A stretch of DNA of 64,000 nt from Takakia lepidozioides. Taxonomy: Eukaryota > Plantae > Bryophyta. Below the pieces are notes generated by a model. It saw only the letters and a program-made list of their open reading frames with translations. It was not told the origin of the DNA and did not search any database. How positions within the stretch are numbered: position 1 is the first letter of the stretch; each line of letters starts with the position of its first letter. Positions 25,478 to 38,400 of this stretch are shown piece by piece. The translations under genes were made by a program, and so were the position numbers. Location of the stretch: assembly GCA_030704615.1 (NCBI GenBank), contig CM060733.1, positions 74,648,001 through 74,712,000 of the forward strand, given 5' to 3'.

Positions 25478-25920
25478 TGGCGCCGAATTTCGCGGTAATA
25501 GGGTCCGTAACCTGAAAAAACGGCGGCGTATTTCGCGGCAATAGGTCTGTCTGGCGAAAAATGGTGCCGAATTCCGCGGCTATAGGTCCCCTCATGACAG
25601 GTAATTCGGCGCCATTTTTCCAGTGCATGTTCGGACTTAGCCAGTTTTCGGCGCAAAATAGGGAAATTCGGCGCCATTTTTCCAGACACTGTACCAGTGC
25701 ATGTTGGGACTTAGCCAGTTTTCGGCCCAAAAAAGAGAAATTCGGCGCCATTTTTCCAGACACGGTACCAGTGCCTGTTGGGACTTAGCCAGTTTTCGGC
25801 CCCAAAAAGAGAAATTCGGCGCCATTTTCCCAAACACAGGTACCAGTGCATGTTGGGACTTAGCGAGTTTTCGGCCCCAAAAAGAGAATTTCGGCGCCAT
25901 TTTTCCAGAAATGGCCCCAG
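25478..25920. repeat. Subterminal ~62-bp tandem array containing GAAATTCGGCGCC
   Basis: About 5 units of ggacttagccagttttcgg...gaaattcggcgccattttcc. Confidence 0.9.
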
Positions 25921-26063
25921 AACTGCTTCTGTTGGATCTCAGTTTGAATGGAATATTGCCTCATTCCAGGAGTTTTGGGGTGCATTTCATTACACTGCAA
26001 AAAAAAGTCTGATACAGCAAAGTGCATTTGAAAATATCCATATGGAGGATTCCGTTTGCCCCA

Positions 26064-29000
26064 TCAATGATTTCTGGAATCCCTAAGGAGGAGTTTGTGC
26101 AGCTCGTTCACGCTCAACGCCGGTGCATGAATAAAGTCATCAATAGTCACGTTCATCCTCAACCTCTTCAAGTAAATGTAATACAGATGCTTGCACGGAT
26201 AATACTTCGAACCCTTCTTTGCTTCCATCAACGAGAAGTCCGTACAGTTGCAAGTCGGCTCCACTCCAATCGTAATTGTGTATACATCGTCGCGTACAGC
26301 CGAGCCGGCCGTTGCCATCCGATACACACGCCCAAGGCCGGGTGGGGGTACGTCCACGGAGCTCTGAATAGTGCAAGCCATCCCAAGAGCATTGGCAATC
26401 CGAGTCTCATTCAACTTGTTGGGAGGGTGTCGTCTCTTCACTCTTCCGAATCGCATTGTGGGATGTGCAGAATTGTCCAATCCGTCTCTACTGGACCGAG
26501 CAGTATGCAATGGCTGGGTCTGAGGAACCGGAAATGCGTGGGCCGGGATGTCTGTGCGTTGCACCATTCGAAATCCTGCTGCAGATAGAGCATCCGCCTC
26601 ATTCTGAGAGAGGCTGCAACCCGGTGCAACAGGCCAGACGCCTGGAGGCTCCGGCATTCCCTGAATCCCGTACTTGGGCTTGCCAAATACACAGGTCATT
26701 ATGTCGTGCCTACAGAACCAAAATGTCTGCGTTGTGGCGTGAGCAAATGTGGGAGTCAAAAATCTGCCGCTGAAACAAGGTGCAGGTACAGCACCGTGTG
26801 GGTTCCTCCGAATCATCTCACCACAGCGTGCTCTCGTATCCACCCGGATGGCGCAACACTTCCCTCGAAATGCCGGCAATGTCCTCGCAATTCTCCACTG
26901 TGACTCCGACACTCTTGTCTCCACAATGGGAATGTTGTATTGCTTTACTACAGATGGCTCGTTATGTTGCCGGGGCACGCGCCCTGTGCTCAAAGGAGAT
27001 GGCGATCTTGAACGTGCAGGACTTCCGGTGCTCGACGAGACCTCCTCGGACAACATCACCGGACCACGAGGGAGCGTGCGAATATTCTTGTCAGCTCGCC
27101 ATGAATCCTCTTCTCCGCCAGGTGCCTCGTCAAGTCTTCGTCTCACTGGACGGGTATGAACATCTCCTTCCAAATGTTGGCCTCTTCGCAGCAATGGCGT
27201 GTCCCGAAGGCCCTCTCGCAAGGCCGCCGCCCACTTCCGAGGATTCTTCGATCTGGAGGCAGTCCGCATCAGCATTTCCTGCCTGTCCGGCCCCAAGCCC
27301 CACTGTTTCCCTTTCAAGAACTCGTTGTACCTGCATTGCTGCATAATTGACCTCACAATGTCCTCCGTTGTGGCAGTGAGGATGTCCACCAGATGCGCCG
27401 CAGAGGAGGCACGCCAGGAAGAGTGCACTGATTCGGCCATGTTTGTCGTGGGCATGTCGGTGTCGGAGTCGAGACACATTTCCTGCACAAGCACATGTTG
27501 AGGTTACAAGCAAGTTACAAATATGGCCAAGAATAATATCCAACGGGACGCGAATTCGTGCAACTCACCTCCCGCATATAGTCGCCGAACTGGAGGAAAC
27601 GATAATGCCACCATGCTAGCCAACTGACCATTGCTCCTTCGTCTGATTTCCTTACAGCACCTGACGATGTCCACCAAGCCCGTATGCATGCAAACTGTGT
27701 CTCTGCATCATCCAAGGTGGGAGCGCGCTTCCACGCAAGGCACATGGAACGGTGCTCCTCTCTGAAATCTGGCGCCACGAGCCTGGTTGTGTACTGCGAA
27801 AGGCTCTGCAGAAAGTGGAACCCACAAGATCTCTCCTTGCCTTCCATGGGAACATTGGGGTCTTGCCCGTACACCCTTCGGATGGCAGCCCAATTTGCTT
27901 GTGCGTTGTCCGCCATGAAACCACGAAATTGGGAGGGGGCAATCCCGCCTTGGCCATCTGTTCGTTTATTCCCTGCCAAAGAAGCATCTCCGATTGTGTG
28001 TCCTCTCCTTTCATCTCACAAATAGCAATTGTCATTAGCATCCTGCAGTGGGTGTCGTAGACATGTGCACCCATTGTCACCCACTGGTGATTTGTAATTC
28101 GCTTGATATGGTCGAACATGACCCAACTGTTTGACAAGTTCCCACTCGTCATCCTGTCGACCAGTTCGACGCCACTGCCAGGTCCACACGTGGACATTTT
28201 GAATACGAAACAACGATCTGCCTCAGTCCCTTGTCCTGGAAACCTACTTCCATGAATGTAGTCATATCCACATCGTCGCTTCACCTCCAGAATGGAGTGC
28301 ATATCCGAGCCACGCCCAATTTTCTGTTTGCATGAGACAATGTGGTTTCGGACATTCGGTGAACATACGTGGGACACCGACTCTAGCAATGCCTCCATTT
28401 CCTTCTCGTCGAGAGGAACTCTATCCGAGCCGTCTTCCGACATAATTCTGGCCAATGCCATCTTATGGGCGGCTTGGAGCTGTATCTGTTTGGGTTTGGC
28501 ACCCGGTCTCAACTTAACCTCCTCCTGAACGAGCTGCTCTGCTTCGTGGGCAGCCTCCCGCGAGTTCCCCCTCGCCAATTTGTGACAATGGGAACCAACG
28601 TGTATGCAAGCTCGGGTGAGGTCAGGGAAACGGTGCAACACATAGAACTGCTTGGCATTACAAACAGACATGCAGTGTGGTGGTTCTTTGCAATGCGCAC
28701 ACTTAAATGTGGAGTTCGGAACCTTCTCCTGAGCTCGAAATGGTTGGTGAGCTGTGCCTGTCCAATCGGTCTCGTTCCTGTGACCTCTGGATTTAAAGTG
28801 GAAGCAAGTTGGGGAGAAACACCGCAACGCGCCCGCACAAACAACGTAGCGCACCCGCACACCATCAAGCATCTTCATGCTGGTGGTTTTGGTAACGCAC
28901 CAAGGATGACCGTCATGTTTTCTATCCATATCTGTCAACATTCCGGACGCCCTCGAGTAGTCCGCCCGAGGAGGGAACTCAAAGAAGACATTACCGTCGA

Positions 29001-29655
29001 CGTCGGCGGGAAGGCATGTAACCGATTTAATTGTGAACTTGCTGTAGTCCAGCCCGGCCAGCTCCGACCGGTGTCCCTCCAGGTGAAGCCCTCGCAGAAT
29101 TTCTAGAATAGATCGAACTGCGGTGCTCGTGCTGGGAATATGACTCCCTCCTCCACTGACGTCCATTGAGGACTTGCCTGATCTCCAGGACGACCTCGGA
29201 ACTTCCATGACCTCGTCTGAGTCGGACAGGTTGTGAACAACCCGGTTCTCGGTCGTCTTCATGGATGGGTTCGGCTCTGGATTTACTTCGTTGCGGACTT
29301 CTCTCTTTGAGGTACCCACTCTCTGATTCGCGGATTGTTTCGTGGAAGGCGCCAGGATAGACGGTGCATTTGGCGGGCAAATGAAGTCCCCAACAGCCCT
29401 GTATATGACGCTGTCCGATGGTGGAACTCGCCATTCCCTGCCATCGCCGAAATCATCGTGGAGCACAACAATACTCTCGACAACAAGGCCGTTTGAGTCC
29501 TTCCTTTCCTCCTCCAAAAAAACCGACCCCGGTTTCAGGTGGTATCGAACGCACAGATATTTCTCCATCACCCGGCAGGTGTCCCCTCTGCACGGAAATG
29601 AAGCTCTATGCTCGTGAGGAGGGCAGTACACTGTAGCGCTCGGGTTTTCCGCCAT
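26064..29655 (-). CDS. MULE-type DDE transposase with N-terminal GCM-like zinc domain and C-terminal SWIM finger; intron 27483-27568; 1-bp frameshift near 27927
   Basis: WVMFDH (D1), FMADNA (D2), CGFH (CxxH), TTNMAESVH (E), SWIM CNCTDF...PCKHLYY; N-terminal W..CAGALRC..C..CAHC..C..HVGSHCH. Confidence 0.88.
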
Positions 29656-29949
29656 GGGAGATGTGCACACAAGACTGCCAGGATGGCGTGCGGGGAAGCT
29701 CCCTGGTAGAAGGGGGTGCAGCGATGGGAATGAATGCGATGCCGATTTGTCCGAGCGACGAAGCCTGATCCAAATCCAGGGAGCCAACTATCTCAAAAAT
29801 CCACAGTCAGAGTGTTAATGAACCTTGTCTCCGGAATGCGGCCCCTCGTCTTTGCGCAATAACTGCCAACGGTATGCAGTCAGAAAGTGGGGGGCCGTCC
29901 GGATGATGACGGCTGAAGGGGATAAGCCGGCACCGTGCCGTCACATTAC

Positions 29950-32280
29950 TACCCCCGAATGGAAATTCGGCACCCAACATCCAACAGAGGAAGCCCGGAT
30001 GAAGTCGCCTCGGGCGCAGAGGCCGGAGTGTGTGCGACAGAGAACATCCCCTGGATGGAGATTCGGCGCCGAATTTCCATCCGGTCCCCCAAAGGGAGTC
30101 GTGTCGGGGGGTCAGGCCGAAAACTGGACGGCATAAAACATCCCCAGATGGAAAAACGGCGCCGAATTTCCATCCGGGGCGATTCGGATGCAGTCGGGAG
30201 GGGGAGTGGCCTGCAGTTGGCTGTCACATTTCAACCCCGGACGGAAATTCGGCAACGAATATCGAACAGGGGACGCCCGGATGAAGTCGCCTGGGGCACA
30301 GAGGCCGGCCAGTGTGCGACAGAGAACATCCCCTGGACGGCCATTCGGCGCCGAATTTCCATCCGGGCCCCCCCAAAGGAAGTGTTGTCGGGGGTCAGAG
30401 CGAAAACTGGCCGACATAAAAACCTCCACAGATGGGAAAACGGCGCCGAATTTCAATTCGGGGCCGTTCCAATGCAGTCGGGGAGGGGGGAGAGGTCGGA
30501 ACCTGGCAGTCATATTTCAATCCCCGGGACGGAAATTCGGCACCGAATATCCAACAGAGCGGCGGAGAGGCGGCACCTCTCCGACAGAGACCGTCCCCCG
30601 GATGGAGATTCGGCGCCGAATTTCCATCCAGCAGGTAAGTGGAATCTCGGATGGATGGAGATTCGGCGCCAAATTTCCATCCTGCAGGTAATTCGAATCC
30701 CGGACGAATGGAAATTCGGCGCCGAATTTCCATCCAGCAGGTAAGTGGAATCTCGGATGGATGGAGATTCGGCGCCGAATTTCCATCCTGCAGGTAATTC
30801 GAATCCCGGACGAATGGAAATTCGGCGCCGAATTTCCATCCAGCAGGTAAGTGGAATCTCGGATGGATGGAGATTCGGCGCCGAATTTCCATCCTGCAGG
30901 TAATTCGAATCCCGGACGAATGGAAATTCGGCGCCGAATTTCCATCCAGCAGGTAAGTGGAATCTCGGATGGATGGAGATTCGGCGCCGAATTTCCATCC
31001 TGCAGGTAATTCGAATCCCGGACGAATGGAAATTCGGCGCCGAATTTCCATCCAGCAGGTAAGTGGAACCTCGGATGGATAGAGATTCGGCGCCGAATTT
31101 CCATCCTGCAGGTAATTCGAATCCCTGCTGGATGGAGATTCGGCGCCGGATTTCCATCATGCAGGTAATTCGAATCACGGATGAATGGAAATTCGGCGCC
31201 GAATTTCCATCCAGCAGGTAAGTCGAATCCCCAATAAATGGAAATCCGGCGCCGAATTTCCATCCAGCAGGTAAGTCGGATCAGTGCCGTATGGATATTC
31301 GGCGCCGGATTTCCACTCGCCATTATTTCTGAGCGAGGAATTACCTTCGTGCAGGTAATTCCCATATAAGAATTACCTTCGTGCAGGTAATTCGCATACA
31401 AGAATTACCTTCGTGCAGGTAATTTCCAGATGACAATTACCTTCCTGCAGGTAATTCCAATCGATGTTTATTCCTCGTCCAGAATTACCTGCACAAAGGT
31501 AATTTTCATCTGGAAATTACCTGCACGAAGGTAATTCTTGTATGCGAATTACCTGCACGAAGGTAATTCTTATATGGGAATTACCTGCACGAAGGTAATT
31601 CCTCGCTCAGAAATAAATGGCGAATGGAAATTCGGCGCCGAATATCCATATGGCACCGATCCGACTTACCTGCTGGATGGAAATTCGGCGCCGAATTTCC
31701 ATTCATCCACGATTCGAATTACCTGCAGGATGGAAATTCGGCGCCGAATTACCTGCTTCAGGGAAATTTGGCGCACCGCCCTACCTACGCGGATGGAAAT
31801 TCGGCGCCGGATTTCCATCCGCGCGCATCCGAATTACCTGCTCGAAGGAAATTTGGCGCACCGCCCTCCTGCGCGGATGGAAATTCGGCGCCGGATTTCC
31901 ATCCGCGCGCATCCGAATTACCTGCTTGAAGGAAATTTGGCGCACCGCCCTACCTGCGCGGATGGAAATTCGGCGCCGGATTTCCATCCGCGCGCATCCG
32001 AATTACCTGCTTGAAGGAAATTTGGCGCACCGCCCTACGTGCGCGGATGGAAATTCGGCGCCGGATTTCCATCCGCGCGCATCCGAATTACCTGCTTGAA
32101 GGAAATTTGGCGCACCGCCCTACGTGCGCGGATGGAAATTCGGCGCCGGATTTCCATCCGCGCGCATCCGAATTACCTGCTTGAAGGAAATTTGGCGAAC
32201 CGCCCTACCTGCGCGGATGGAAATCGGCGCCGGATTTCCATCCGCGCGCATCCGAATTACCTGCGTGAGGGAAATTCCGG
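29950..32280. repeat. Intergenic palindrome arrays: 106-bp (2x53) repeats on the left, 85-bp repeats on the right, and a large inverted repeat centred near 31469
   Basis: Perfect 26-bp palindrome ATGGAAATTCGGCGCCGAATTTCCAT repeated many times; AATTACCT-N6-AGGTAATT four times on each side of the axis. Confidence 0.95.
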
Positions 32281-32491
32281 GACTGTTTTCGTCGATTTTC
32301 TTCCGACATGGAGGGCTTCATCCGACATTTAATTGCGCAGTTGGGCAATAAATGTCGACGGCCGTCGGTTATTATTCGGGCTGGCGACGCATGGCTTCCT
32401 GGACACGTACCCTAAATCTCATGCTATACTTGGCTTAACATGGTATTCCAGGCATGTACCCCAAAAAAGGAGATCTTTTTGGCTGGGACTT

Positions 32492-35400
32492 ATGCCGCCT
32501 GAAGGGCGTGGCTCTCCTGAGAGAGACCTCAGATCCAGACCGCGGCGGAAGTTGAAAGCTCTGTACTACGGACGACGGCCAATCTCTCGCATGGCCAAAC
32601 TGAAGCTCCAGCAGGAGATTCCAGTGTCTTGCTCACAACCTGCGCCAACTGAAGCCGAGTACTCTCAGGCAAGCCACTTCTGCTTTCGGTTTGTTCGATT
32701 TCTTTTTTGCTTTCGCTTCGTTACCTCGCTTTGTTTCTGCATCTTCATCCTGGCTTTGCTTTATGAGTGAACTTTAGATAGTTGACTGAACCTTAGATTG
32801 TTTGCAATGCGTGTGCAAATCCGGCAGCTCTGGAGAAGGCTGCTTGTGCATGTCATTCTTAGGCAATGGTTGCATTTGTTTTCATTGTTGTTGCATGGCT
32901 CTCCATACTTCCTAAACTTGTTATGTTTTCATTTTTGCTACATGATTGCTGCTATGGTGGTTGCGCTGCTGCTTTTTGCACCACTGTTGGTGTTCACGAT
33001 TTTTGTCAATCACAGAGTGACGACGAGCCCGGCACGCTGGTGGTATCATCGACAGCTCCAACTCATCGCATGTTTGAATCGCCCAACTTGGGGCGAGAGG
33101 GCAAACTTAAATCTTTTGTTGGTGGACGGGAGGACTTGCAACGAGATTACGATAGAGTAGGCATTGGGGAGGTTGGTGCAGGCGGCATGGCAGGTGAAGG
33201 GCGTGAGGACATGAGGACAGCAGATCCGGCAATGGAGGTTGTTCATGCACATGCAGTAGGGCCCGCCCACGCAAAGAAAAAGAAGAAAGCTAAGCACATG
33301 CAATCCCGGCGAGAGAGCAGTCACGGGCTGCGGAGGGGGAGTGAGCAGTGCGCGCGAGGGTGTCAGTTCGCCTCAATCAAAGGTGGTCGTCCTGGAGGGC
33401 TCCCCTGTTGCTAGCCCTAGTAAGAAACAGAAAGCCCGTGAGAGGGCAAAAGAGAGGGCAAAAGAACAGACGAGACAGAATGCTAGCAAGGAGGAAAGAC
33501 AAAAGGCAGCTGAAGAGGCCAGGGGTGCCCAAATGACAGATGCCAATGTAAGCGAGGGACACACAGAGACGGTGGATCCCTACAAGACACCACAGAGAGG
33601 CAGTAGCACACCGGTTAGACCATCGCGGGCAAGTGCAGCCCCCGCAATTACCCATACGGTGGAGAGTGGAGGAGAGGAAAGAACACCTGAAAGAGCACCG
33701 ATTGTGCAAGTTCGAGGTGAAGCCAGGGAGAGGGCAGTAGAGACGACGAGAGTGCTGGAGGTGGTTTCGCAGGTGGCTGACCCTGTTGAGGAGGACGACA
33801 TGGATGTTTCTGACCAGGATGACATTCTCCCGGACATCCCCAGGCCCCAAACCCGGAGCATACAGGCTGGATTTGGCGGTCTTGGTGGGCTGCCGGAAAA
33901 CCCCTCTGCAGCAGACGTCATGTCTGAGGCGGATATGAAGTTGGCCGCTGCCAAGATGTTGGAGGCAACCCACAGCAACATTGGCAGGGTGCTGGGGGGC
34001 ATGGTGTACCCGGCCAAGCTTCGAATTCCCATTTGCCGCTTGGTGTCATTGCAGGTGGTGAGACCTGCCCTCCCAGGCGATATCGACAAGCTGAAATTCT
34101 CTTTCCGGGATGGATATCGAATGGGGTCTGCCGCCTTTTACGTTTCCATTGAGAACGACCACGGAGCTTCCCGTGCCCACACTTCCGATGAGGTGGACAA
34201 ATGGGGTCCCCATTGGCAAACGCAAAATGAGGAGTTCGAGAGATCGATTGCTAGTGATCCTCTTTTCCAGCACATGTCCGGTAAGATGTTCTACGTGTGG
34301 GACGGCAATCATCGCCTCCTGGCATGGATGGAGCACATTGCCCAAGCCCACCCCAACGATCTCGATTGGCATTTCGCCGTCGATTGTGTTGTGCTGAAGG
34401 TTGCGGGGCCCAAAGATCGCAGTCTTCTCAAAGCTGCAATGGCCGACATCAACTCGTAAGCTACAACCCCTCTCGCTTTTGGACTTTGAATTTGGAAGTC
34501 ATTTCATTGCGAATCCTCATATATGATGAAAATTCCCATTTCAGTATTGTTTGATGGAAATGTGGCACTGCAGGGTGACTGAGAATGCCTTCATTGCCAC
34601 CAACTTGTCCCATATGCTCTTCCGAGTGAAGGATGTCGGGAAGCAGGGGGTGCAAGAGTTTGCCAATTCCCTCAGTGCCGACCTCCTGCGCAAGTCGGAG
34701 GCAAAGGCAGACAGAACCTGGTATAGGCTGAGCGTCGACGCCATGGTGGACTACATATTTCGGGTAAAGCTCCTGCAGTTTTGTTGAGCTAATTTGTCTC
34801 TCCTCCCCCAATAGAAGAAATTGTGTTGAGCAGGATCTCTAATCTTATGTGCTGCTTTTCGACAGACGAAAATACAGCAGGATTTGGCACATGCGCGGAG
34901 GTTCTACATGGAGTCAGAGGAGAAGAATCCAACCCTCCCGGAACTCGAATCGTATGTCAAAGCTGCGGAGGTGAGGGCCCGCATAAAGTACAAGTCGCGG
35001 ATGGTAAAGTACGTGGCCATAGCTGATCCCGCCCTTGGTGCCGACTTTCTGGTGGAGGTGGGAAAGCACTACTCTCGCGCTCTGAAGCCCACGATGACAT
35101 TGGAGAAGCTCCATCGTCTAGCCACATCCTGTGTGGATGCAACAGAAAAGGTGATACATTCTTAACCAAATTGTGGTGGCAACAACTCCTTTTTGTGGTG
35201 TTTGGCGCTTACGAATATGCTGGGTGGTTGGACAGACCCGGTGGCTCCAAATCTGGAATGGTTCCCAAAGTACCAGGGACATGTGGAGCTTCCCCAAACC
35301 GGACAAACTCTCTGACCCCACATTCGACATGTGGATGAACCGCATGACATGGTGGTTTCAGGTACTTCCCCACGCTTCGTTTGGGGCTTGTACTCTAGTA

Positions 35401-38400
35401 GGGGTGGATTCATTGTATTTTTTGAGGAAAGCGATCTGATGGACAATCTCCACAGGTGACGACGAATGCGCAAGAGCAGCTGGACACACAAGCACATCAG
35501 TTCAAGATGGAGATATCTCCTGCAGCAGAGAGCCTACGTGACTATGTGACGAGGTACTTTCTGCTCTACAAAACCAACCTATTCTTTCGGGAGATAGCAG
35601 ATGCTCGCCGGAGCCACGAGTTCACCGACCAGCCGAACGCGGACAAAGCAGCAATGCGCCTTCTGTACAGGTACATACGCGCTGCCTTTCTTTCAAGTCC
35701 TGGCATTTCAGGATGTTAGAGGCCTAAGTGGTGTTAGGGAAAATGGCGCCGAATTTCCAGTCAGGGCTCCGAAAATGGCAAAGTCCCTAGACTGGCTGGC
35801 CCGGAACTGGAAATTCGGCGCCATTTTCCAGTTCCAGGCCCTATTGCCGTTCAGGGACTTAGCCATTTTCGGGCTAAGTCCCTAGTGTGGCTGGCCCGGA
35901 ACTGGAAATTCGGCGCCGTATTCCAGTTCTAGGCCCTATTGCCGTCCAGGGACTTAGCCATTTTCGGGCTAAGTCCCTAGACTGGCTGGCCCTGAAGTGG
36001 AAATTCGGCGCCATATTCCAGTTCCAGGCCCTATTGCCGTCCAGGGACTTAGCCATTTTCGGTCTAAGTCCCTAGGGTGGCTGGCCCGGAACTGGAAATT
36101 CGGCGCCGTTTTCCAGTTCTAGGCCCTATTGCCGTCCAGGGACTTAGCCATTTTCGGGCTAAGTCCCTAGACTGGCTGGCCCTGAAGTGGAAATTCGGCG
36201 CCATATTCCAGTTCCAGGCCCTATTGCCGTCCAGGGACTTAGCCATTTTCGGTCTAAGTCCCTAGGGTGGCTGGCCCGGAACTGGAAATTCGGCGCCGTT
36301 TTCCAGTTCTAGGCCCTATTGCCGTCCAGGGACTTAGCCATTTTTGGTCTAAGTCCCTAGGGTGGCTGGCCCGGAAGTGGAAATTCGGCGCCGTTTTCCA
36401 GTTCCAGGCCCTATTGCCGTCCAGGGACTTAGCCATTTTCGGGCTAAGTCCCTAGACTGGGTGGCCCTGAAGTGGAAATTCGGCGCCATATTCCAGTTGT
36501 AGGCCCTATTGCCGTTCAGGGACTTAGCCATTTTCGGACCTCATTGGGTTTTTCATGAATGCAGGTACTGTAAGTTCTCGCTTTTGGAGAAAGGTCATCT
36601 GTCTTTCGAGCCACCATTCTTCCTGGCATGGAGGAACCCTGGGGCTGACTCCATGTACACTGACGATATTGTGAAGGAGTGGCATCTGGAACATTTGCGT
36701 GATTGCCCTTGGTATGTGGACCTTCCGCCCGGCTCGCTCGACCCATCCGAGTTTCAATTGAAGCTGGATGCTGAATTCCGACGAAACCGGGCTCCGCTGC
36801 CTCCGTTGGGTGCAAAAGAGGCAAAAGCGCTTGCGAACTCCAGGAAAGCGGCAGAGCTTGCTCAGGCAGGAATTCAGGAGAAATTGCATGAGAAGAGTAA
36901 AGGTCAAAGGAAAAGGACAAGGAAACATGTGACTGCAGTAACACCCAAAAAGAAGAAAACCATCGGGGCATCGGAGGAGGCGCAGGAGGGGACCCAAGAG
37001 AGTGACTCCGACGCCGATTTTGTTCAAGGTCCTGCGACTGCTGTTGCTCCTACCCAGTCACCGGTCGTCCGGGTTCCCAAGTCAGTTCGGAGTGGGACTG
37101 GCTCTGCCAAGAAGTTGGCATTTGAGGGCGAGCCTACACGGCGGTATTCGGCGGTGACGTTTACGCACAGGCCAAAGCTAGAACCTCCAACCATCATCCA
37201 ATGCGTCAATGAGAGCTTCCTTGACGCTCTCGCTGCCAGGGCGAAGAAGGTGGCACACAACAAGTCTCTGGCGGAGCAGAAGGGGAAAGCCAAGAAGAGG
37301 GCTGCCGGTACAGAGCCTAAAGACACCCCTGGTTTTGAAGCCATGATGGAATTCTTCACGGCTGTGAGCACGAATTGCAAGAGCACTCGGGGGGGGGTTG
37401 AGGTGGAGAGAGCTTGCGACATGATTCTCCTCGACATTCCAGATGGGGAGCTGTTGGAGGGCCTGGATGGTGTGCCCACCTGGAACAGGTTTACTGAGGA
37501 CTACTGGAAAGCCGGGTTTGGGCTGGCGGGGATGCTTCTGGATGACGGTGGATGTGTGGTTGTCCTTGCCACGAGAGGGAAGACCACAGAGAATGCGGTG
37601 GCAAGGTGGACACCGAAAAGTGTCACCCCGGTCCTCCTCAGAAAATGGTTCTGCATCAGTACGCAGGGGTTGCGAACAGAGGGCCAAAGTGTAAGTTATC
37701 AATCTATTGCATTCACTTCATATTGTGGTGTATGTTAAGTAGACCCTGGAATTGATCCCTTCTTTGTTGGATGTGCAGACATTGGTGTTTGAGGCATATT
37801 GCTTTGTGAAGAGAGGGTCTACGTTCAAATTCCGCAACGACGGTCGTCTTGTTGATGCCGCTGTGGACCCTGTAACCTACGATGTCCTCTACAACTATGT
37901 GCCCCACTCTAGTATGCCGAAGGACACAAAGACAGGCAAACCGTGGCGGTACAGCCGGACCCGAAGCCCTGCTTTCATCCAAACCCTCATGGAGACGTGC
38001 TCGGATGTCCAAGGGCGGATTCTGGACCTCACATGCGGCACGGGTAAGCCTTCACGTGCTCAGTTTGTCCCCTGGCCCCATTGCAATTGCATGCCGCAAG
38101 CTATTAACCGCCCGCTTTGTTCCTCAGGTGCTTCAATGTGGGCAGGGACGTTGTCCGACAGGCATGTGTTCGCCTTCGAGCCAGATACTGCCCTCCACAA
38201 CTCGGAACTTGCAGCGGCTGAACGTCTGCCGAAAGAGGAAGAGGCATCCTCGGAGGATGAGGAAAAATCCGAGAAGGAGCAGGGGGAGGAAGTTGGGATC
38301 GAGGCCGAGGAGCCCCCGGTTTACGAGTGAGTGGTGGCATTGTAAGTTGCCTCCAGATTTTGTGAGGCACCTCCCTCCGCTCTCTTATTTCATTGAAAAC

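Noticed and set aside
29950-32280. CRISPR-like array of palindromic repeats
   Set aside because: The intervening sequences are themselves repeated rather than unique spacers; there are no cas genes; the context is a eukaryotic transposon.
30395-32351. Repetitive ORFs (MEIRRRISI / WKFGAEFP)
   Set aside because: They are translations of palindromic tandem repeats open in several frames on both strands.
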